Shown one piece after another: positions 1 through 11,600 of a stretch of DNA of 64,000 nucleotides (positions are counted from its first letter, which is position 1; every line of letters begins with the position of its first letter). Source of the stretch: Bdellovibrionales bacterium (GTDB lineage Bacteria > Bdellovibrionota > Bdellovibrionia > Bdellovibrionales > UBA1609); contig CBDBIB010000001.1 in the NCBI GenBank assembly GCA_965205945.1, forward strand, positions 480,001 to 544,000, given 5' to 3'. Below the pieces are notes generated by a model, which was not told where the DNA came from, ran no database searches, and worked only from the letters and a program-made list of their open reading frames with translations. The position numbers were made by a program, and so were the translations under genes.

Positions 1-570
1 TGCATAAAAGTCATACTCAATATTTACCTTATCCTCTAACAAAAGCTGAGAAAGGTTTGTTTTCTTTAAAGTTTCTGGAACTATGCAGACTGAAAATCCT
101 TTTAAAAAAACATCATTTATGGTAAGGCTCACACCATTAATTGCTATACAACCCTTAGGCCAAATAAATTCTGGTTTAGTCTCCTTAAAAATTGACATTA
201 CAGTGCACCCATTTTTAATGGCCTTAATGGCCCTAACCTGACAAACTTCATCTATGTGCCCGGTGACTAAATGACCATGAAAACGCTCACCCATCATCAA
301 AGGGCGCTCTAAATTTAATACATCCCCACTTTTAATATTTAAAAACGTTGTTGCTTTTAAAGTTTCAAGACCTAAATCATAGGTTAGCTGACTTAAATCT
401 TTAGGGGATTCATCTTTTATAGTAAGGCAAACACCGTTATGAGCAATAGAGTGACCTTTCTTTAAATCCTTAAAGACACTAGGTTTTTCAACAGTAATTT
501 CAACATTTCCTGACGGCTCATGGTTAACTTTTAAAACCTTTGCCATTGCCTCCGCTAAGCCTGTAAACAT
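1..570 (-). CDS. ribE: Riboflavin synthase (alpha chain), 3' end outside window
   Basis: Manual translation from ATG at 570: MFTGLAEAMAKV...SIAHNGVCLT...VGDVLNLERPL...GHLVTGHID...KGCIAINGVSLT...PETLKKTNL...VNIEYD; hallmark MFTG start and two lumazine-binding repeats. Confidence 0.95.
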   Translation of the reverse strand, partial: MFTGLAEAMAKVLKVNHEPSGNVEITVEKPSVFKDLKKGHSIAHNGVCLTIKDESPKDLSQLTYDLGLETLKATTFLNIKSGDVLNLERPLMMGERFHGHLVTGHIDEVCQVRAIKAIKNGCTVMSIFKETKPEFIWPKGCIAINGVSLTINDVFLKGFSVCIVPETLKKTNLSQLLLEDKVNIEYDFYA

Positions 571-580
571 TTTTACCTAT

Positions 581-703
581 TTAGAAAAAAGTGACTTTTA
601 TACGTAGAATCAAATCTGTTACTTTAATACTCGTACTTACACCAACAACCAGCGTACACATTAAAAATATAAATGTGAAAATATATTCGTACCCTAAAAA
701 CAT
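581..703 (-). CDS. Putative 40-aa hydrophobic small protein
   Basis: ATG at 703 preceded by AAAGAGGTAGAGG (SD-like). Translates MFLGYEYIFTFIFLMCTLVVGVSTSIKVTDLILRIKVTFF*; stop lies 10 bp before the ribE start. Confidence 0.45.
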   Translation of the reverse strand: MFLGYEYIFTFIFLMCTLVVGVSTSIKVTDLILRIKVTFF

Positions 704-996
704 AAGCCTCTACCTCTTTATATTTTTCACCCTAGCTAAGCCTGAGCCTAAGAACAAGGCAGAATAATATTCTCATATAGCTTTTTGCGGCGCGTCTTTT
801 TTAAATGTAAAAGTACCTGCACTTACTCCTAAAAAATATTGATAATATGTAGGTTTAAAACTTTGAACAAAATTTAAGGGTTTAGAATAACAAAATAAAC
901 TTGGTTCAAAAAAAATTTAAATCTTGCAAATAAGATCCCCCTTAAATAAGTAAAAAATCTTAAAAAGAGTTTTAACAATAAATACCTTTATATAGT

Positions 997-2388
997 TTAA
1001 AATAAATTATGATCTACAGCTTTAGAATGGTCAGCCATATAGGACTCTTCTTTATAAAAATAAGCTGGAATCATAAATAAAACTCCTACAACCAGAATTA
1101 AAATAGCAAAAAACCAGTAATATAAAGCACCTTCAAGCAATAAGGTTCCATCATCATTTTGAATAAATGAGTTCACAGCTGATGTAAATAGGTTTCCCAT
1201 TGAAACGGACAATAAAAAAACTGCCATAATAAAAGATTTCATACTATTTGGAGCTTGAGTGTAGGAAAATTCCAGTGCTGTAATTGAAATCAAAACTTCA
1301 GCTGCCGTGATAATTACATAGGCTGCAAACTGCCACATAATTGATGGTGTTAAACCGGATTGAATCATCTTTTCTGTGTAAGCAACTAAAGCAAACGATA
1401 AACCTGTTATAAAAAACCCTGCTCCAATTTTTCTAAGTGGTGTGACTTTTGTAAATTTTGCAGCAAACGGATAAATTCCAAAACTAAAAATAGGAATAAA
1501 AAGCATTACCAATATAGGATTAATAGTTTGAATCTGAGACGGTAAAAGCTCAAAAGATGCAAACCCTAGGTTTACAAATTTATCCATTTTATCTGCCTGC
1601 AATACCCATGAAGATCCTGTTTGATCATATAAAGACCAGAAAAATGCAATAAAAACATAAATAATACCAAGCCCACCTAAGGTTTTTAAACCTTTAGGGC
1701 TAAACATGTCTTTTTTATATGTTTGCCAACCTGCAGGAGGCATGGATACAAACTCATGTCTACCTTGATAAAAAACAAATGTTGCAATAAACATCAAAAT
1801 ACCTGGCAGCCCAAAAGCCACAGAAGGCCCATACCACTCAAGCATTTTAGGAATGATTGCAGTTGCAAACATAGAGCCAAAATTAATTGAAAAATAAAAA
1901 AGACTAAACACCTTATCTAATAACGTTTTTTGACTCGCCTTAAACTGATCCCCCACATGGGCCGACACACAAGGTTTAATTCCCCCTGAACCTACAGCAA
2001 TAAGACCTAAACCTAAAGCAAGCCACGTTTTAGGCTCAAGAATTGTTGCCATCATATGAATGTCCATAAAAGCTAAGCTTAAATGACCTAAGCAATACAC
2101 CACCGAAAGCAAAAGTATCGTTTTATACTTACCCCAAAAAATATCAGAAATTAAAGCACCTATTAGTGGAAAAAAGTAAACAGCAGATGCAAAATTATGA
2201 TACCAAACCAAAGATTGTGCTTGATTTAAAAAAGCCTCATCCCCTGTTGAATTTAAAAGATACTTTGTCATAAAAATAACAAGTATCCCCCTCATGCCAT
2301 AATAACTAAATCTTTCAGCCGCCTCATTTCCGATAATATAAAAAATTGCCTTAGGCATTTTTTGTACACTCACATTAGACACCGGCAC
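997..2388 (-). CDS. POT/PTR2 family proton-dependent oligopeptide transporter
   Basis: EAAERFSYYG (ExxERFxYYG) motif, GSGGIKPCVSAHVGDQF, FYFSINFGS PTR2 signature, multiple TM helices. Confidence 0.95.
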   Translation of the reverse strand: MPVSNVSVQKMPKAIFYIIGNEAAERFSYYGMRGILVIFMTKYLLNSTGDEAFLNQAQSLVWYHNFASAVYFFPLIGALISDIFWGKYKTILLLSVVYCLGHLSLAFMDIHMMATILEPKTWLALGLGLIAVGSGGIKPCVSAHVGDQFKASQKTLLDKVFSLFYFSINFGSMFATAIIPKMLEWYGPSVAFGLPGILMFIATFVFYQGRHEFVSMPPAGWQTYKKDMFSPKGLKTLGGLGIIYVFIAFFWSLYDQTGSSWVLQADKMDKFVNLGFASFELLPSQIQTINPILVMLFIPIFSFGIYPFAAKFTKVTPLRKIGAGFFITGLSFALVAYTEKMIQSGLTPSIMWQFAAYVIITAAEVLISITALEFSYTQAPNSMKSFIMAVFLLSVSMGNLFTSAVNSFIQNDDGTLLLEGALYYWFFAILILVVGVLFMIPAYFYKEESYMADHSKAVDHNLF

Positions 2389-2488
2389 TCCCTTTAAAAA
2401 TGATTAGCAATTAAATCTAGCTCAGTGCATCTGCTAAATCAAAGTAAACTAGAGTATACAAAAAATTATATTAATTAAAGGAATTTAT

Positions 2489-3114
2489 ATGCCATTTTTA
2501 TCAAAAAAAAACAGTCTTAATAAGAAAATTATGTTGCTCGGTTCAGGTGAACTTGTCTAAGAGTTTATTATTGCAGCCAAACACATGGGCCTTAAAACTG
2601 TTGCCGTCGACAATTATAAAGGGGCTCCTGCCATGCAAGTTTCTGATGATTTTAAAGTCATCTCAATGCTAAACAGTGAGGCACTTAAAAGGATTGTAAA
2701 AAAACACAAACCCAACATCATTGTTCCTGAAATTAAGGCTCTTAAAACTTTTTAAAGTTATATGATTTTAAAGAAAAAGGCATCCAAGTCGTTCCAACAA
2801 CATTTGCAGCTAATATTACAATGGATAGGAAAAAAATTCGAGATCTTGCATCTAAAGATTTAAAAATAAAAACGGCCAAATACTTATACACTTTAACTAA
2901 AAAAGAACTCATTAATGCTGTTAAAGAAATTGGCACTCCTTGTGTTGTTAAACCTCTTATGTCTAGTATTGAAATTCGTATTTTTGCAAAACCTTGCACT
3001 AAAAAGAATAGACGAATGGGAGTGATTCTAGCTGTTGATAATAACATTAAAGCTGCAGTTAGAAAAGCTAAATTAGCTTCTAAAAAAAAATCTACTAGAA
3101 AAGATTACCCTTAA
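2489..3114 (+). pseudogene. purT: Disrupted formate-dependent GAR transformylase
   Basis: KIMLLGSGELV*EFIIAAKHMG..AVDNYKGAPAMQV..PNIIVPEI. In-frame TAA at 2558-2560, frameshift at ~2750, then [23 protein letters not shown] fused directly to the C-terminal [15 protein letters not shown] (large internal deletion). Confidence 0.9.
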
Positions 3115-3183
3115 GATTTTTAATCCGCAGCTTTAGGCCTGCATGCACAATAACTTTATTTTAAATATTATACCAAAAAAAAC

Positions 3184-4266
3184 TTAATCTAATTCAATCC
3201 ACTCCTCAGGATTTGGCATTTCAGGCACTGGATCTTTAGAGTCTTTTGAACCTTTTAAATAATAAATATAAACTCGTGCTCCCTCTTGAATATCAATTCC
3301 ATTTGATTCAAAAACTCTTGCCACTGAAATATCAACACTTGGAGTAGTTTCAATAATCACTTTTGCAATAGCATTTACCTCATCTTGAAGATTGACCTGT
3401 TTATCTAAACTTGAAACACATGGCTCTGCATCCCAAATATACTTCATATTAGAAACATAAAGAGTGTCTCCCTTTTTAAGACCATGCCTTAAACCTGCGT
3501 TTATCATTATATGTGAATCATTGTCTTTGTATACCCTCGCAGACCAAGGCTCCAACTCCTCAAGCCTTTTACCAACATCAACCAGTGCAGATCTTAATGT
3601 TTTTCTAATGACATCTACAACAGGCTCTCTAAAAACAGCTCTTGGATTAAGCACAATACTTCCTAAATTCAAACCCAAACCCACTCCAAAATCAGTTTTA
3701 ACTCCACTTTTATTTGTGCTCACTAAGGCTGTGCCACTTAAGGGTTGAAATGAGTGCATATCTAAGCTCATTTTCATTTTACTTAAATTAAAATCTACAC
3801 CTGTAACAACATCATCTAAAACTCCACCAGGATTAAAACCTACTCCTAAACCAAACTCATTTCCTAATTCAAAACCTGTAACATTTCCCATTAATACCGC
3901 CTCTGGAAGATCTTTTGTACAAGAACCCACTGTTGTATTAATAGACAAGGCTTGAAAACTCATTCCACTTTGTTTTGCCTGTATACGCTCTTGAAAACTT
4001 AAGCTTTGAATATTTAATCTATCTACTGAAACAAAATACTCACTATTTTGAAGCTCTGTTAAATATTGACCATTTATAACCTCTTGAATATCTATATTAA
4101 TATTGTTTTGGAGTTGAACACTTGCAGATCTAATTCCCATTGAGGTGACGCTTTTTTTTAAAATACGCCCTCTTCTTTTTGCCTCTATTGAATCACACCC
4201 TTTATTGCCCATAAAAAATAAAAGGCTAAATACCAACAATAGTATTTTTCCAATCCTCTTAATCAT
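3184..4266 (-). CDS. Lipoprotein, CsgG/HfaB-like with FlgT-like C-terminal domain
   Basis: Lipobox-like FFMGNKG-C; C-terminal WSARVYK..IMINAGLRHGLKKGDTLYV resembles FlgT-C. Confidence 0.55.
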   Translation of the reverse strand: MIKRIGKILLLVFSLLFFMGNKGCDSIEAKRRGRILKKSVTSMGIRSASVQLQNNINIDIQEVINGQYLTELQNSEYFVSVDRLNIQSLSFQERIQAKQSGMSFQALSINTTVGSCTKDLPEAVLMGNVTGFELGNEFGLGVGFNPGGVLDDVVTGVDFNLSKMKMSLDMHSFQPLSGTALVSTNKSGVKTDFGVGLGLNLGSIVLNPRAVFREPVVDVIRKTLRSALVDVGKRLEELEPWSARVYKDNDSHIMINAGLRHGLKKGDTLYVSNMKYIWDAEPCVSSLDKQVNLQDEVNAIAKVIIETTPSVDISVARVFESNGIDIQEGARVYIYYLKGSKDSKDPVPEMPNPEEWIELD

Positions 4267-4298
4267 ATAAACTCCTTTTATCCAGTTTCATTATAAGG

Positions 4299-4325
4299 AC
4301 ATCGGACAATGATCTTAAGTCCTTA
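4299..4325 (-). promoter_or_regulatory. Putative sigma28 (FliA) promoter
   Basis: Minus strand TAAG-N15-TCCGATGT, upstream of the AAGGAG SD and ATG at 4266. Confidence 0.5.
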
Positions 4326-4675
4326 GGTCTAGTCCAGGAATACTTATATATTTAAAGAATCTATCTAAGATTTAAACGATTTTAAAAAGAAAGACGGGCT
4401 ATTATACATACAAGCTTAATCTAGATCAGGAATTTAAAATCCTTATGCACCCTACTAAAACATTTTTATTTAAAAATAACTACGGACAGTTAAAATTAAC
4501 GCTGATGATAGGTAAAAATACCTAAGAATTTTAAAGTGAAAATAAGGTCAATCTCTTTAATACCGTTTAAAAAGCTGAATCAATTTTTCACAGCAGCAAG
4601 CATCAAATTGAATTTAAACTTTTATAAGTAAGCACTTCTATACTCAAGCTTTATTTAAAATCCGTACTTTCTTAC

Positions 4676-6709
4676 TTAATCCCTAAAAACCGTAATACCA
4701 TGAACTTTCCAACCATCTTCATGCACAGAAGTATCTGAGGCAATTCTAAATCTTAATTTAAAAGATTCAGCTCCAGCAATGGCGTCTGAGATATCAATAA
4801 TTGAAGAAGCTATACCCTCAGTCCAGCCGCTGTATTTAGCAACTTGGATCCAAGTTGTTTCATCTGTAGAAACCTCTACATACCCGTAATCATACTTATT
4901 TTCTAGCTCATATTCATTTTGTAATTTTAAAAAAATCTTATCTCCAAAAGCGACTATAGGCTCCGCTATTGTTAATGAAAAATCTGCATTTTTATCATAA
5001 TTTTTACCTGGAGAATCTGAGAACACAGTTGATCCATTTTCTAATGTCTCTAGCCCCCAAGTTCCCGTAACTATAATTCCGCTTAAAGAGTCAGTACTGT
5101 ATTCATGTAAAACTTCAACTCGAAGAGTTGCAAACTCAATAGACTCAGAAATTTCACTAATGTTTCCAAGATCATCTAATGCTTTTACAGCAACATAGCC
5201 TGTCGAGTTAATACCTAAATCATCTAATATGACTGTTGCTATACCACGTTGAATCGACACATCACTTAAAACTGTTGTTGCTAAAGCCCAATTCTCATCA
5301 GTAATTGGTTTATCTAAAATTCTTATTTCATACTCACTAGCTTTACCCTTAAAACCATCATCCCCGCTTACGTTAAAACCAATTTGAATTGAATCCACTT
5401 GATTTTGAACAACTTCTAATCCATTAACTTTTGCTGGAGCTATTTTATCATCTTGAAGAGATAATAAAGCGTTTGCTCTTTTACCAGAAACTAATTTAGA
5501 AGATAAACTGCTTAGAGCATCGCCTGTATAAATAATTCTCTTTCTAATTCTATCCATAGATTCGTTAGGGTATCTAGCTTTAATAAAAGCTGCTAAGCCT
5601 GCTATATGAGGAGCGGCCATAGAGGTTCCACTCATCATCTGATACCCACCACCTGGTTTAGTGGAATAAACATCTACTCCTGGCGCTGCAATATGCACCT
5701 TCTTTTTGCCATAGTTTGAAAAAATTGCTAGTTCATCTAATGAATTTACTGCTGCAACAGAAATAATATTTTCTAAGTCATGATTTGCTGGAAAAAATGA
5801 GCTTCTATCATTATTTTTTGAAGAGTTTCCAGCTGCAGCAATAAATAAAATTTGATAATCTCTTGCTTCCATGATTGCTGCTTTAATTGTTTCTGAAGGC
5901 CCCCCCCCTCCCCATGAATTATTTGTAATATCAACGCCAATTTTTGTTGAATACTCAATGGCTTCAACAAGTGCTTCTGTTGTTGTTCTGCCTGTATCAC
6001 TAAAAACTTTAAGCCCCACTAATGAAACTTCCCAGTTCACTCCAACAACACCTACACCGTTATTCCCAGTAGCCCCAATAGAACCTGCACAATGAGTTCC
6101 ATGTCCGTCGTTATCCATAGGATCATTATCATCATTTATAAAATCCCAACCCCTATGATCATCAATATATCCATTTTCATCATCATCAATACCATTAGTA
6201 GCTTTTTCATTGCCCTCAGAGTCTAAACCTGTTTCACCAGGATTAGCCCAGTAGTTATCCTTTAAATCAGGATGATTATAATCAACACCTGAATCAATAA
6301 TGCCTACTAAAACTCTTCTTGAGCCTATATTTGTTTCCCAAGCCTCTGGCATAGACATACTTTCCATCCCATATAATTTAAAATATTCAGGATCGTTTGG
6401 AGCAGCTAATAGTTTATATATTGCGTTCTTCTCTACATACTCAACATTAGAGTCTTGCCTTAAATCTTTCATTACTTTTTTAAGATCAACTACACTTGAA
6501 AATTTTAAAAGTTTTGCTCCACTGGCTCTGAATTCTTTTTTTTCTTGAGCACTGTATTTCATTATTGTTGTTTTAAAACTTGAATTATGAAATTTAACAA
6601 TCAACTCATGAGGGACAAAGTCTTGAGTTTCTTGATTTTTTTCCTCTGCGGAATTAACATTAGTCATATTTATAAAAAACATTAAAATAAAAAATAACCC
6701 TCTAAACAT
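4676..6709 (-). CDS. Secreted subtilisin-like S8 serine protease with FN3-like and jelly-roll C-terminal domains
   Basis: Signal peptide and prodomain; catalytic triad IIDSGVD / HGTHCAG / GTSMAAP; oxyanion AAAGN; SGDDGFKGKASEYEIR FN3-like segment. Confidence 0.93.
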   Translation of the reverse strand: MFRGLFFILMFFINMTNVNSAEEKNQETQDFVPHELIVKFHNSSFKTTIMKYSAQEKKEFRASGAKLLKFSSVVDLKKVMKDLRQDSNVEYVEKNAIYKLLAAPNDPEYFKLYGMESMSMPEAWETNIGSRRVLVGIIDSGVDYNHPDLKDNYWANPGETGLDSEGNEKATNGIDDDENGYIDDHRGWDFINDDNDPMDNDGHGTHCAGSIGATGNNGVGVVGVNWEVSLVGLKVFSDTGRTTTEALVEAIEYSTKIGVDITNNSWGGGGPSETIKAAIMEARDYQILFIAAAGNSSKNNDRSSFFPANHDLENIISVAAVNSLDELAIFSNYGKKKVHIAAPGVDVYSTKPGGGYQMMSGTSMAAPHIAGLAAFIKARYPNESMDRIRKRIIYTGDALSSLSSKLVSGKRANALLSLQDDKIAPAKVNGLEVVQNQVDSIQIGFNVSGDDGFKGKASEYEIRILDKPITDENWALATTVLSDVSIQRGIATVILDDLGINSTGYVAVKALDDLGNISEISESIEFATLRVEVLHEYSTDSLSGIIVTGTWGLETLENGSTVFSDSPGKNYDKNADFSLTIAEPIVAFGDKIFLKLQNEYELENKYDYGYVEVSTDETTWIQVAKYSGWTEGIASSIIDISDAIAGAESFKLRFRIASDTSVHEDGWKVHGITVFRD

Positions 6710-6741
6710 AAATCCCCCACAATTTTCTTTTAATAAAAAGA

Positions 6742-6768
6742 TTATCGCATTATAAATACATAGATTAA
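6742..6768 (-). promoter_or_regulatory. Possible sigma28 promoter of the subtilase
   Basis: Minus strand TTAA-N15-TGCGATAA. Confidence 0.35.
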
Positions 6769-6824
6769 AAATCTTTTCTTAATGAAACTAGCCCTATGTC
6801 TCTAAAAAAAAATTTTAAATAAAA

Positions 6825-7134
6825 CTAGGGCATGTCCTCAATTAGTTTCAAGGTGTTAATCTGCGTTTCTAAGGGGGCACAGATGCTAAAAAGATAAGAG
6901 TTAAAAGATTATCAGTGAAAACAAATCAAGAACTTACCTCCTGGAAGATCAACAACAGTGAGTGTTACAGCTAAAAACAATCGCAACTTTGTTAATGAAG
7001 TTTTGTGGATTTTAAGATCTGGAGCTTCATGGAGATTTCTGCCAAAACAATACGGTCCATAGAAAAATACTTACAATCATTTTTCTAAATGGAAGGAATC
7101 AGGTATTTGGTCGAGTATATTTAACCCGAAATAA
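6825..7134 (+). mobile_element. IS5-family transposase relic (N-terminal DUF4096-type domain)
   Basis: From ATG 6883: MLKR*ELKDYQ*KQIKNLPPGR..NNRNFVNEVLWILRSGASWRFLPKQYGP*KNTYNHFSKWKESGIWSSIF, with three internal stops. Candidate left end CTAGGGCATGTCCTCAATTAG at 6825. Confidence 0.85.
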
Positions 7135-7485
7135 GAGCTTTAGGGAATATGCTTTTAAAAAACTTTGAGCATAGCCTATGTAGATGACCTTGAAATTTCT
7201 GAACCCAGAAAATTAGAATAATAGACATATGGTGATCACTTCTTATTCTAATAACGCAGGGGGGAAACCTTTCTTCTTCTTGCTGCATATAAGCTTACGC
7301 TGCTCTTTATAAAGCCCTAAAGCAAAGTCGCCAACAAGAACAAAAACTTCTATAATTTGATTCTCTTTAATCATTCCCAGCTCCTTTTGCAGATTAGTTA
7401 AAAACAAAAAATAAATCTTACAAAAGACTGAAGTGATCTTTTATTTATTCAGGACTTAGGTCCTTAATAAATCCGAATTCGGTTT
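7123..7485 (-). mobile_element. IS982-family relic, probably internally deleted
   Basis: ATG 7374 with AAGGAG SD: MIKENQIIEVFVLVGDF..., then after a frameshift EVITICLLF*FSGFRNFKVIYIGY..FPKAL, matching the IS982 N-terminus. Ends AAACCGAATTCGG (minus strand from 7485) and AACCCGAA (7123) resemble IS982 termini. Confidence 0.75.
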
Positions 7486-8092
7486 AGCTATTGTGATTTA
7501 GAAACTAAGCGAGAACGAAGAAAAAACAAAATCACAAAAAATAAAAGACTTAAGAATCTTTTGCAACGGACTATATACAAGTAACAGATAAAGTTTAAGG
7601 CTTTAAGCTAAAACTTTATGAAAAATACGTAACATGAATATTTAATATAAAAAATCTATAACCGACCTAAGCACCTTGTTTAAACCAAAACCAATGCTAA
7701 ATAGAAGAAAAAACTCTTTATGTTTATAAACAAAAAAAGACATTTCATAAAAATTTTCTAATGCAATAAAATAAGTTTTATTCTTTTAAATAAAATGTTT
7801 TAAAGAGACTCCATTTTCTTAGAAAAAAGATTTTTAAAAACCCTGTGTCTTTTATAAGAAGATCCAACTTAAAACCCTTATTAAGTGATGTAAATATTTT
7901 TAAAAATATGAAGAAAAATTTTATGAAACTGTTGTATAAGTAAAATTATTTTTTAAATACGAATAAAATTAAAATTCAATCAATACGACTCTTTACCTAT
8001 AGCAGAGCAAAATTTACTTCCCAAAAAAAGAATAACTAAAGGATATGCTGAAAAATAAATTTTAAATATTTTTTTACTTGATTAATAATAAT

Positions 8093-9136
8093 CTATTTTA
8101 CCATATTCATTATCACCTTAAATTCTGGACTCTTAAAAGTTTGCAACTCTAAATCCTCTCCTTTAAAAATAAAATAGGCTGCAAGCTTGTTATTAAGAGC
8201 ATATTCTTTTGCTTTTTTAAACCCTAAAGACATTAAAGCTGTAGCTAACGCATCAGCTTTCATACACTCTTTATTTAATACACTAACAGAGATAAGGCTG
8301 TTTTCAACCGGCTCACCTGTTTTAACATTTAGAATATGAGAGTAGCTCTTCTTACCAGAAAGAAAAAAATTTCGATAGTTTCCCGAGGTAGCAATACTCA
8401 TATTTTCTAAAGGAAAACTCATTTCAAGAATTCTTAAATCAGAGTTTGGTTTTTCTATGGCCACTTTCCAAATTCTTTTATTTTTTTTACCTGATGCTTT
8501 AAGTTCTCCACCAATTTCAACTAAATAGTTTTTATATCCTTCTTTAATTAGTAACTCTGATAAAATATCTACTCCAAAACCTTTAGCTAAAGATGAAAGA
8601 TCAACATAAACTTCATCTAAATCTTTTTTTACAAAATATTCTCCTCGATTTTTTATTAAACTAAGCCTTTGATATCCAACAACTGCTAATGCTTTTTGAA
8701 TTTCTTTTTTTTGAGGAATTTTTTTATACCCGCCAGGGCCAAAACCCCAAAGATTAACTAATGGCCCTAGTGTAGGATCATATGATCCATCTGTATTCTT
8801 CGCTAAATCCAAAGAGTAAGTTAATACTTTTTTAAACCATGGACTGATTTTAACATGTTCATTTTTTAAAGAATCATTAACTTTAGAAATTTCAGAAGTT
8901 AGAATATAAGTAGACATTTGTTTATTTATTTTTTTTAACGATTTTTCAATTTTAATTTTTAAGGCCGGAGTGTTCACCCTAGTAGACGCAATTTTTATTG
9001 TATAAGTAGTTCCCATTGTTTGACCACTTATTAAAAAAACTTTTCTCCTATAAAGGCACGAAGAAAAACTTACTAAAAAACTAATAAAGAGGACTAAAAA
9101 AAATACTCTTTTTACTTTCTTATCCACCAAAATCAT
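8093..9136 (-). CDS. apbE: FAD:protein FMN transferase
   Basis: [45 protein letters not shown]; follows nqrF. Confidence 0.95.
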   Translation of the reverse strand: MILVDKKVKRVFFLVLFISFLVSFSSCLYRRKVFLISGQTMGTTYTIKIASTRVNTPALKIKIEKSLKKINKQMSTYILTSEISKVNDSLKNEHVKISPWFKKVLTYSLDLAKNTDGSYDPTLGPLVNLWGFGPGGYKKIPQKKEIQKALAVVGYQRLSLIKNRGEYFVKKDLDEVYVDLSSLAKGFGVDILSELLIKEGYKNYLVEIGGELKASGKKNKRIWKVAIEKPNSDLRILEMSFPLENMSIATSGNYRNFFLSGKKSYSHILNVKTGEPVENSLISVSVLNKECMKADALATALMSLGFKKAKEYALNNKLAAYFIFKGEDLELQTFKSPEFKVIMNMVK

Positions 9137-10343
9137 CTAGCATAATATCTTCAGCTTCAACACCGAGATTTAATAACATCTTTGTAACACATTTATTCAT
9201 CATAGGAGGTCCACATAAGTAGTATTCACAATCTTCTGGATTCGAGTGATCTTTTAAATACTCTTTAAACAATACGTTATGAATAAATCCTTTATAACCA
9301 TCCCAGTTATCCTCAGGAAGAGCATTTGATAAAGCACAATACCATTTAAAATTAGGGTTTTCTTTTTGAATATCGTTAAAATCTTGAATATAAAACATTT
9401 CTCTTTTTGAGCGAGCACCGTACCAAAAACTCACCTTTCTACGAGTGTGAATTCTTCTAAATTGATCAAAAATATGAGACCGCATTGGAGCCATACCTGC
9501 ACCTCCACCAACAAAGATCATTTCTTTTTTAGTATCTCTTGCAAAAAATTCACCAAAAGGCCCTGAGATTACACACTCATCTCCTGGCTTTAAATCAAAA
9601 ATATATGAAGACATTAAACCTGTAGGAAGATCATCTCTATCTGGAGGGGGAAATGCAATACGCACGTTAAGCATAATAATCCCTTTTTCTTCAGGATAAT
9701 TTGCCATAGAATAAGCTCTCACTGTTTCTTTAGAACAAAAAGATTTTAATTTCCAAAAATTAAATTTATCCCAATCCTCTCTGTACTCTTCTTCAATATT
9801 AAAATTCTTATAGTCAATGTCTAAACCTGCCGGACGTTCAATCTGAATAAAACCACCAGCTTTAAAGGGCACGGATTCTCCTTGAGGAAGTTCTAATACA
9901 AGTTCTTTAATAAATGTTGCAACATTATGATTAGATCTAACCTTACAAGTCCATTTTTTTACACCAAAAACTTCTTCTTCAACATAAATTTTCATATCTT
10001 GTTTAACTGTTACCTGGCAAGCAAGCCTACAGCCTTTCTTTGCTTCACGTTTTGTTATATGAGAAACTTCTGTTTGAAGAATTTCACCACCACCTTCATG
10101 AATATCTACTTTACACTGAGCACAAGTACCACCACCACCACATGCTGAAGAAACAAAAAGCTTATTATCAGCTAAAATATTTAAAAGTTTTCCACCTGCA
10201 AGAACAACAATATTTTTTTTACCGTTTACATTAATTGTAATATTTCCAGAAGAAACCAACCTTGATTTAGCAAACAAAATCACAATGACTAATAACAAAA
10301 CCACCGTGGTAAACATTGTAACACCTAATATTATTAAAAACAT
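9120..10343 (-). CDS. nqrF: Na+-translocating NADH:quinone reductase subunit F
   Basis: [12 protein letters not shown] 2Fe-2S motif, [22 protein letters not shown]-terminal DDFGG. Confidence 0.98.
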   Translation of the reverse strand: MFLIILGVTMFTTVVLLLVIVILFAKSRLVSSGNITINVNGKKNIVVLAGGKLLNILADNKLFVSSACGGGGTCAQCKVDIHEGGGEILQTEVSHITKREAKKGCRLACQVTVKQDMKIYVEEEVFGVKKWTCKVRSNHNVATFIKELVLELPQGESVPFKAGGFIQIERPAGLDIDYKNFNIEEEYREDWDKFNFWKLKSFCSKETVRAYSMANYPEEKGIIMLNVRIAFPPPDRDDLPTGLMSSYIFDLKPGDECVISGPFGEFFARDTKKEMIFVGGGAGMAPMRSHIFDQFRRIHTRRKVSFWYGARSKREMFYIQDFNDIQKENPNFKWYCALSNALPEDNWDGYKGFIHNVLFKEYLKDHSNPEDCEYYLCGPPMMNKCVTKMLLNLGVEAEDIMLDDFGG

Positions 10344-10361
10344 ACTCTACCTTCTTTGATC

Positions 10362-10973
10362 TTATAGCTGAATACCTGAGAAAGCTAAAAACCCTAATGA
10401 CATTAAACCCACTGTAATAAAAATAATTCCAAGTCCTCTTAACCCTTTTGGAATGTCTGCATACTTTAATTTTTCATTAATACCGGCAAGAGCTGCAATT
10501 GCCAAAGCCCAACCAAACCCTGAACCTAAACCAAAAACAACAGATTCTACAAAAGTGTAATCTCTTTCAACCATAAATAAAGATCCACCTAAGATTGCGC
10601 AATTCACTGTTATAAGAGGCAAAAAGATTCCTAAAGCATTATACAGTGCAGGAACATACTTATCTAAAACCATTTCTAAAATCTGTACACTTGCTGCAAT
10701 TACTCCAATATAGCAAATTAAACCTAAAAAACTTAGATCCACACCCTTAATGCCCATCCATAAAAGAGCATCCTCTTTTAATAAATAATTAAATAAAAGA
10801 TTGTTTATAGGAATTGTAATTACTTGAACAACAATAACAGCTACACCCAGACCGATTGCTGTTTTTACTTTTTTAGAAACTGCTAAAAAAGTACACATTC
10901 CTAAAAAAAACGCCAATGCTAAATTTTCAATAAAAACAGCTTTAATAAATAAACTTAAGTAGTGTTCTAACAT
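10362..10973 (-). CDS. nqrE: Na+-NQR subunit E
   Basis: [45 protein letters not shown]. Confidence 0.98.
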   Translation of the reverse strand: MLEHYLSLFIKAVFIENLALAFFLGMCTFLAVSKKVKTAIGLGVAVIVVQVITIPINNLLFNYLLKEDALLWMGIKGVDLSFLGLICYIGVIAASVQILEMVLDKYVPALYNALGIFLPLITVNCAILGGSLFMVERDYTFVESVVFGLGSGFGWALAIAALAGINEKLKYADIPKGLRGLGIIFITVGLMSLGFLAFSGIQL

Positions 10974-10982
10974 AACTGCCTC

Positions 10983-11600
10983 TTACGCCTCTACCTGGTC
11001 GGTTTTCCACTGCCTAAGGACCCAGATAAATAAACCTATTAAAAAAAATGCACTTGGTGCAAGTAAAGCTACGCCATTTGGTTCATACCAACCACCTTCA
11101 CTTATAGGTTTTAATACTGTAAGGCCCATAATCTTTCCTGTACCAAAGATCTCTCTAAAAAAGGCTACAAAGATTAATACAATGCTGTAGCCCAAACCAT
11201 TTCCAATACCATCAAAAAAAGAAATAATAGGAGGATTTTTCATAGCAAAACCTTCAGCTCTCCCCATTACAATACAGTTTGTAATAATCAAACCGATAAA
11301 CACTGCCATTTCTTTTGCTACATCATAGACAAAAGCTTTTAGAATCTGATCTGTCACAATAACTAGTGAGGCAATCACTGTCATTTGAACAATAATTCTA
11401 ATACTTAAAGGAATATAGTTTCTAATCAAACTTACAAAAAAATTTGAAAACCCTGTAACTAATATTACAGCTACACACATAACAAGTGCTTTCTCCATTT
11501 TAGTTGTCACAGCAAGAGCTGAGCATATTCCTAAAATTTGTAACGCAATTGGGTTGTTGTTAAATAATGGATCAAATAAAGATTTCTTAATTTTATTCAT
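10983..11600 (-). CDS. nqrD: Na+-NQR subunit D
   Basis: [32 protein letters not shown]. Confidence 0.98.
   Translation of the reverse strand: MNKIKKSLFDPLFNNNPIALQILGICSALAVTTKMEKALVMCVAVILVTGFSNFFVSLIRNYIPLSIRIIVQMTVIASLVIVTDQILKAFVYDVAKEMAVFIGLIITNCIVMGRAEGFAMKNPPIISFFDGIGNGLGYSIVLIFVAFFREIFGTGKIMGLTVLKPISEGGWYEPNGVALLAPSAFFLIGLFIWVLRQWKTDQVEA

Noticed and set aside
704..800. FMN riboswitch upstream of ribE (CTCAGG...AGGGTGAAA on the minus strand)
   Set aside because: Only a short resemblance; the conserved CCGAC, ACAGT and GGATGGGAG elements are absent.
2742..3047. 101-aa minus-strand ORF
   Set aside because: Antisense shadow of the purT pseudogene.
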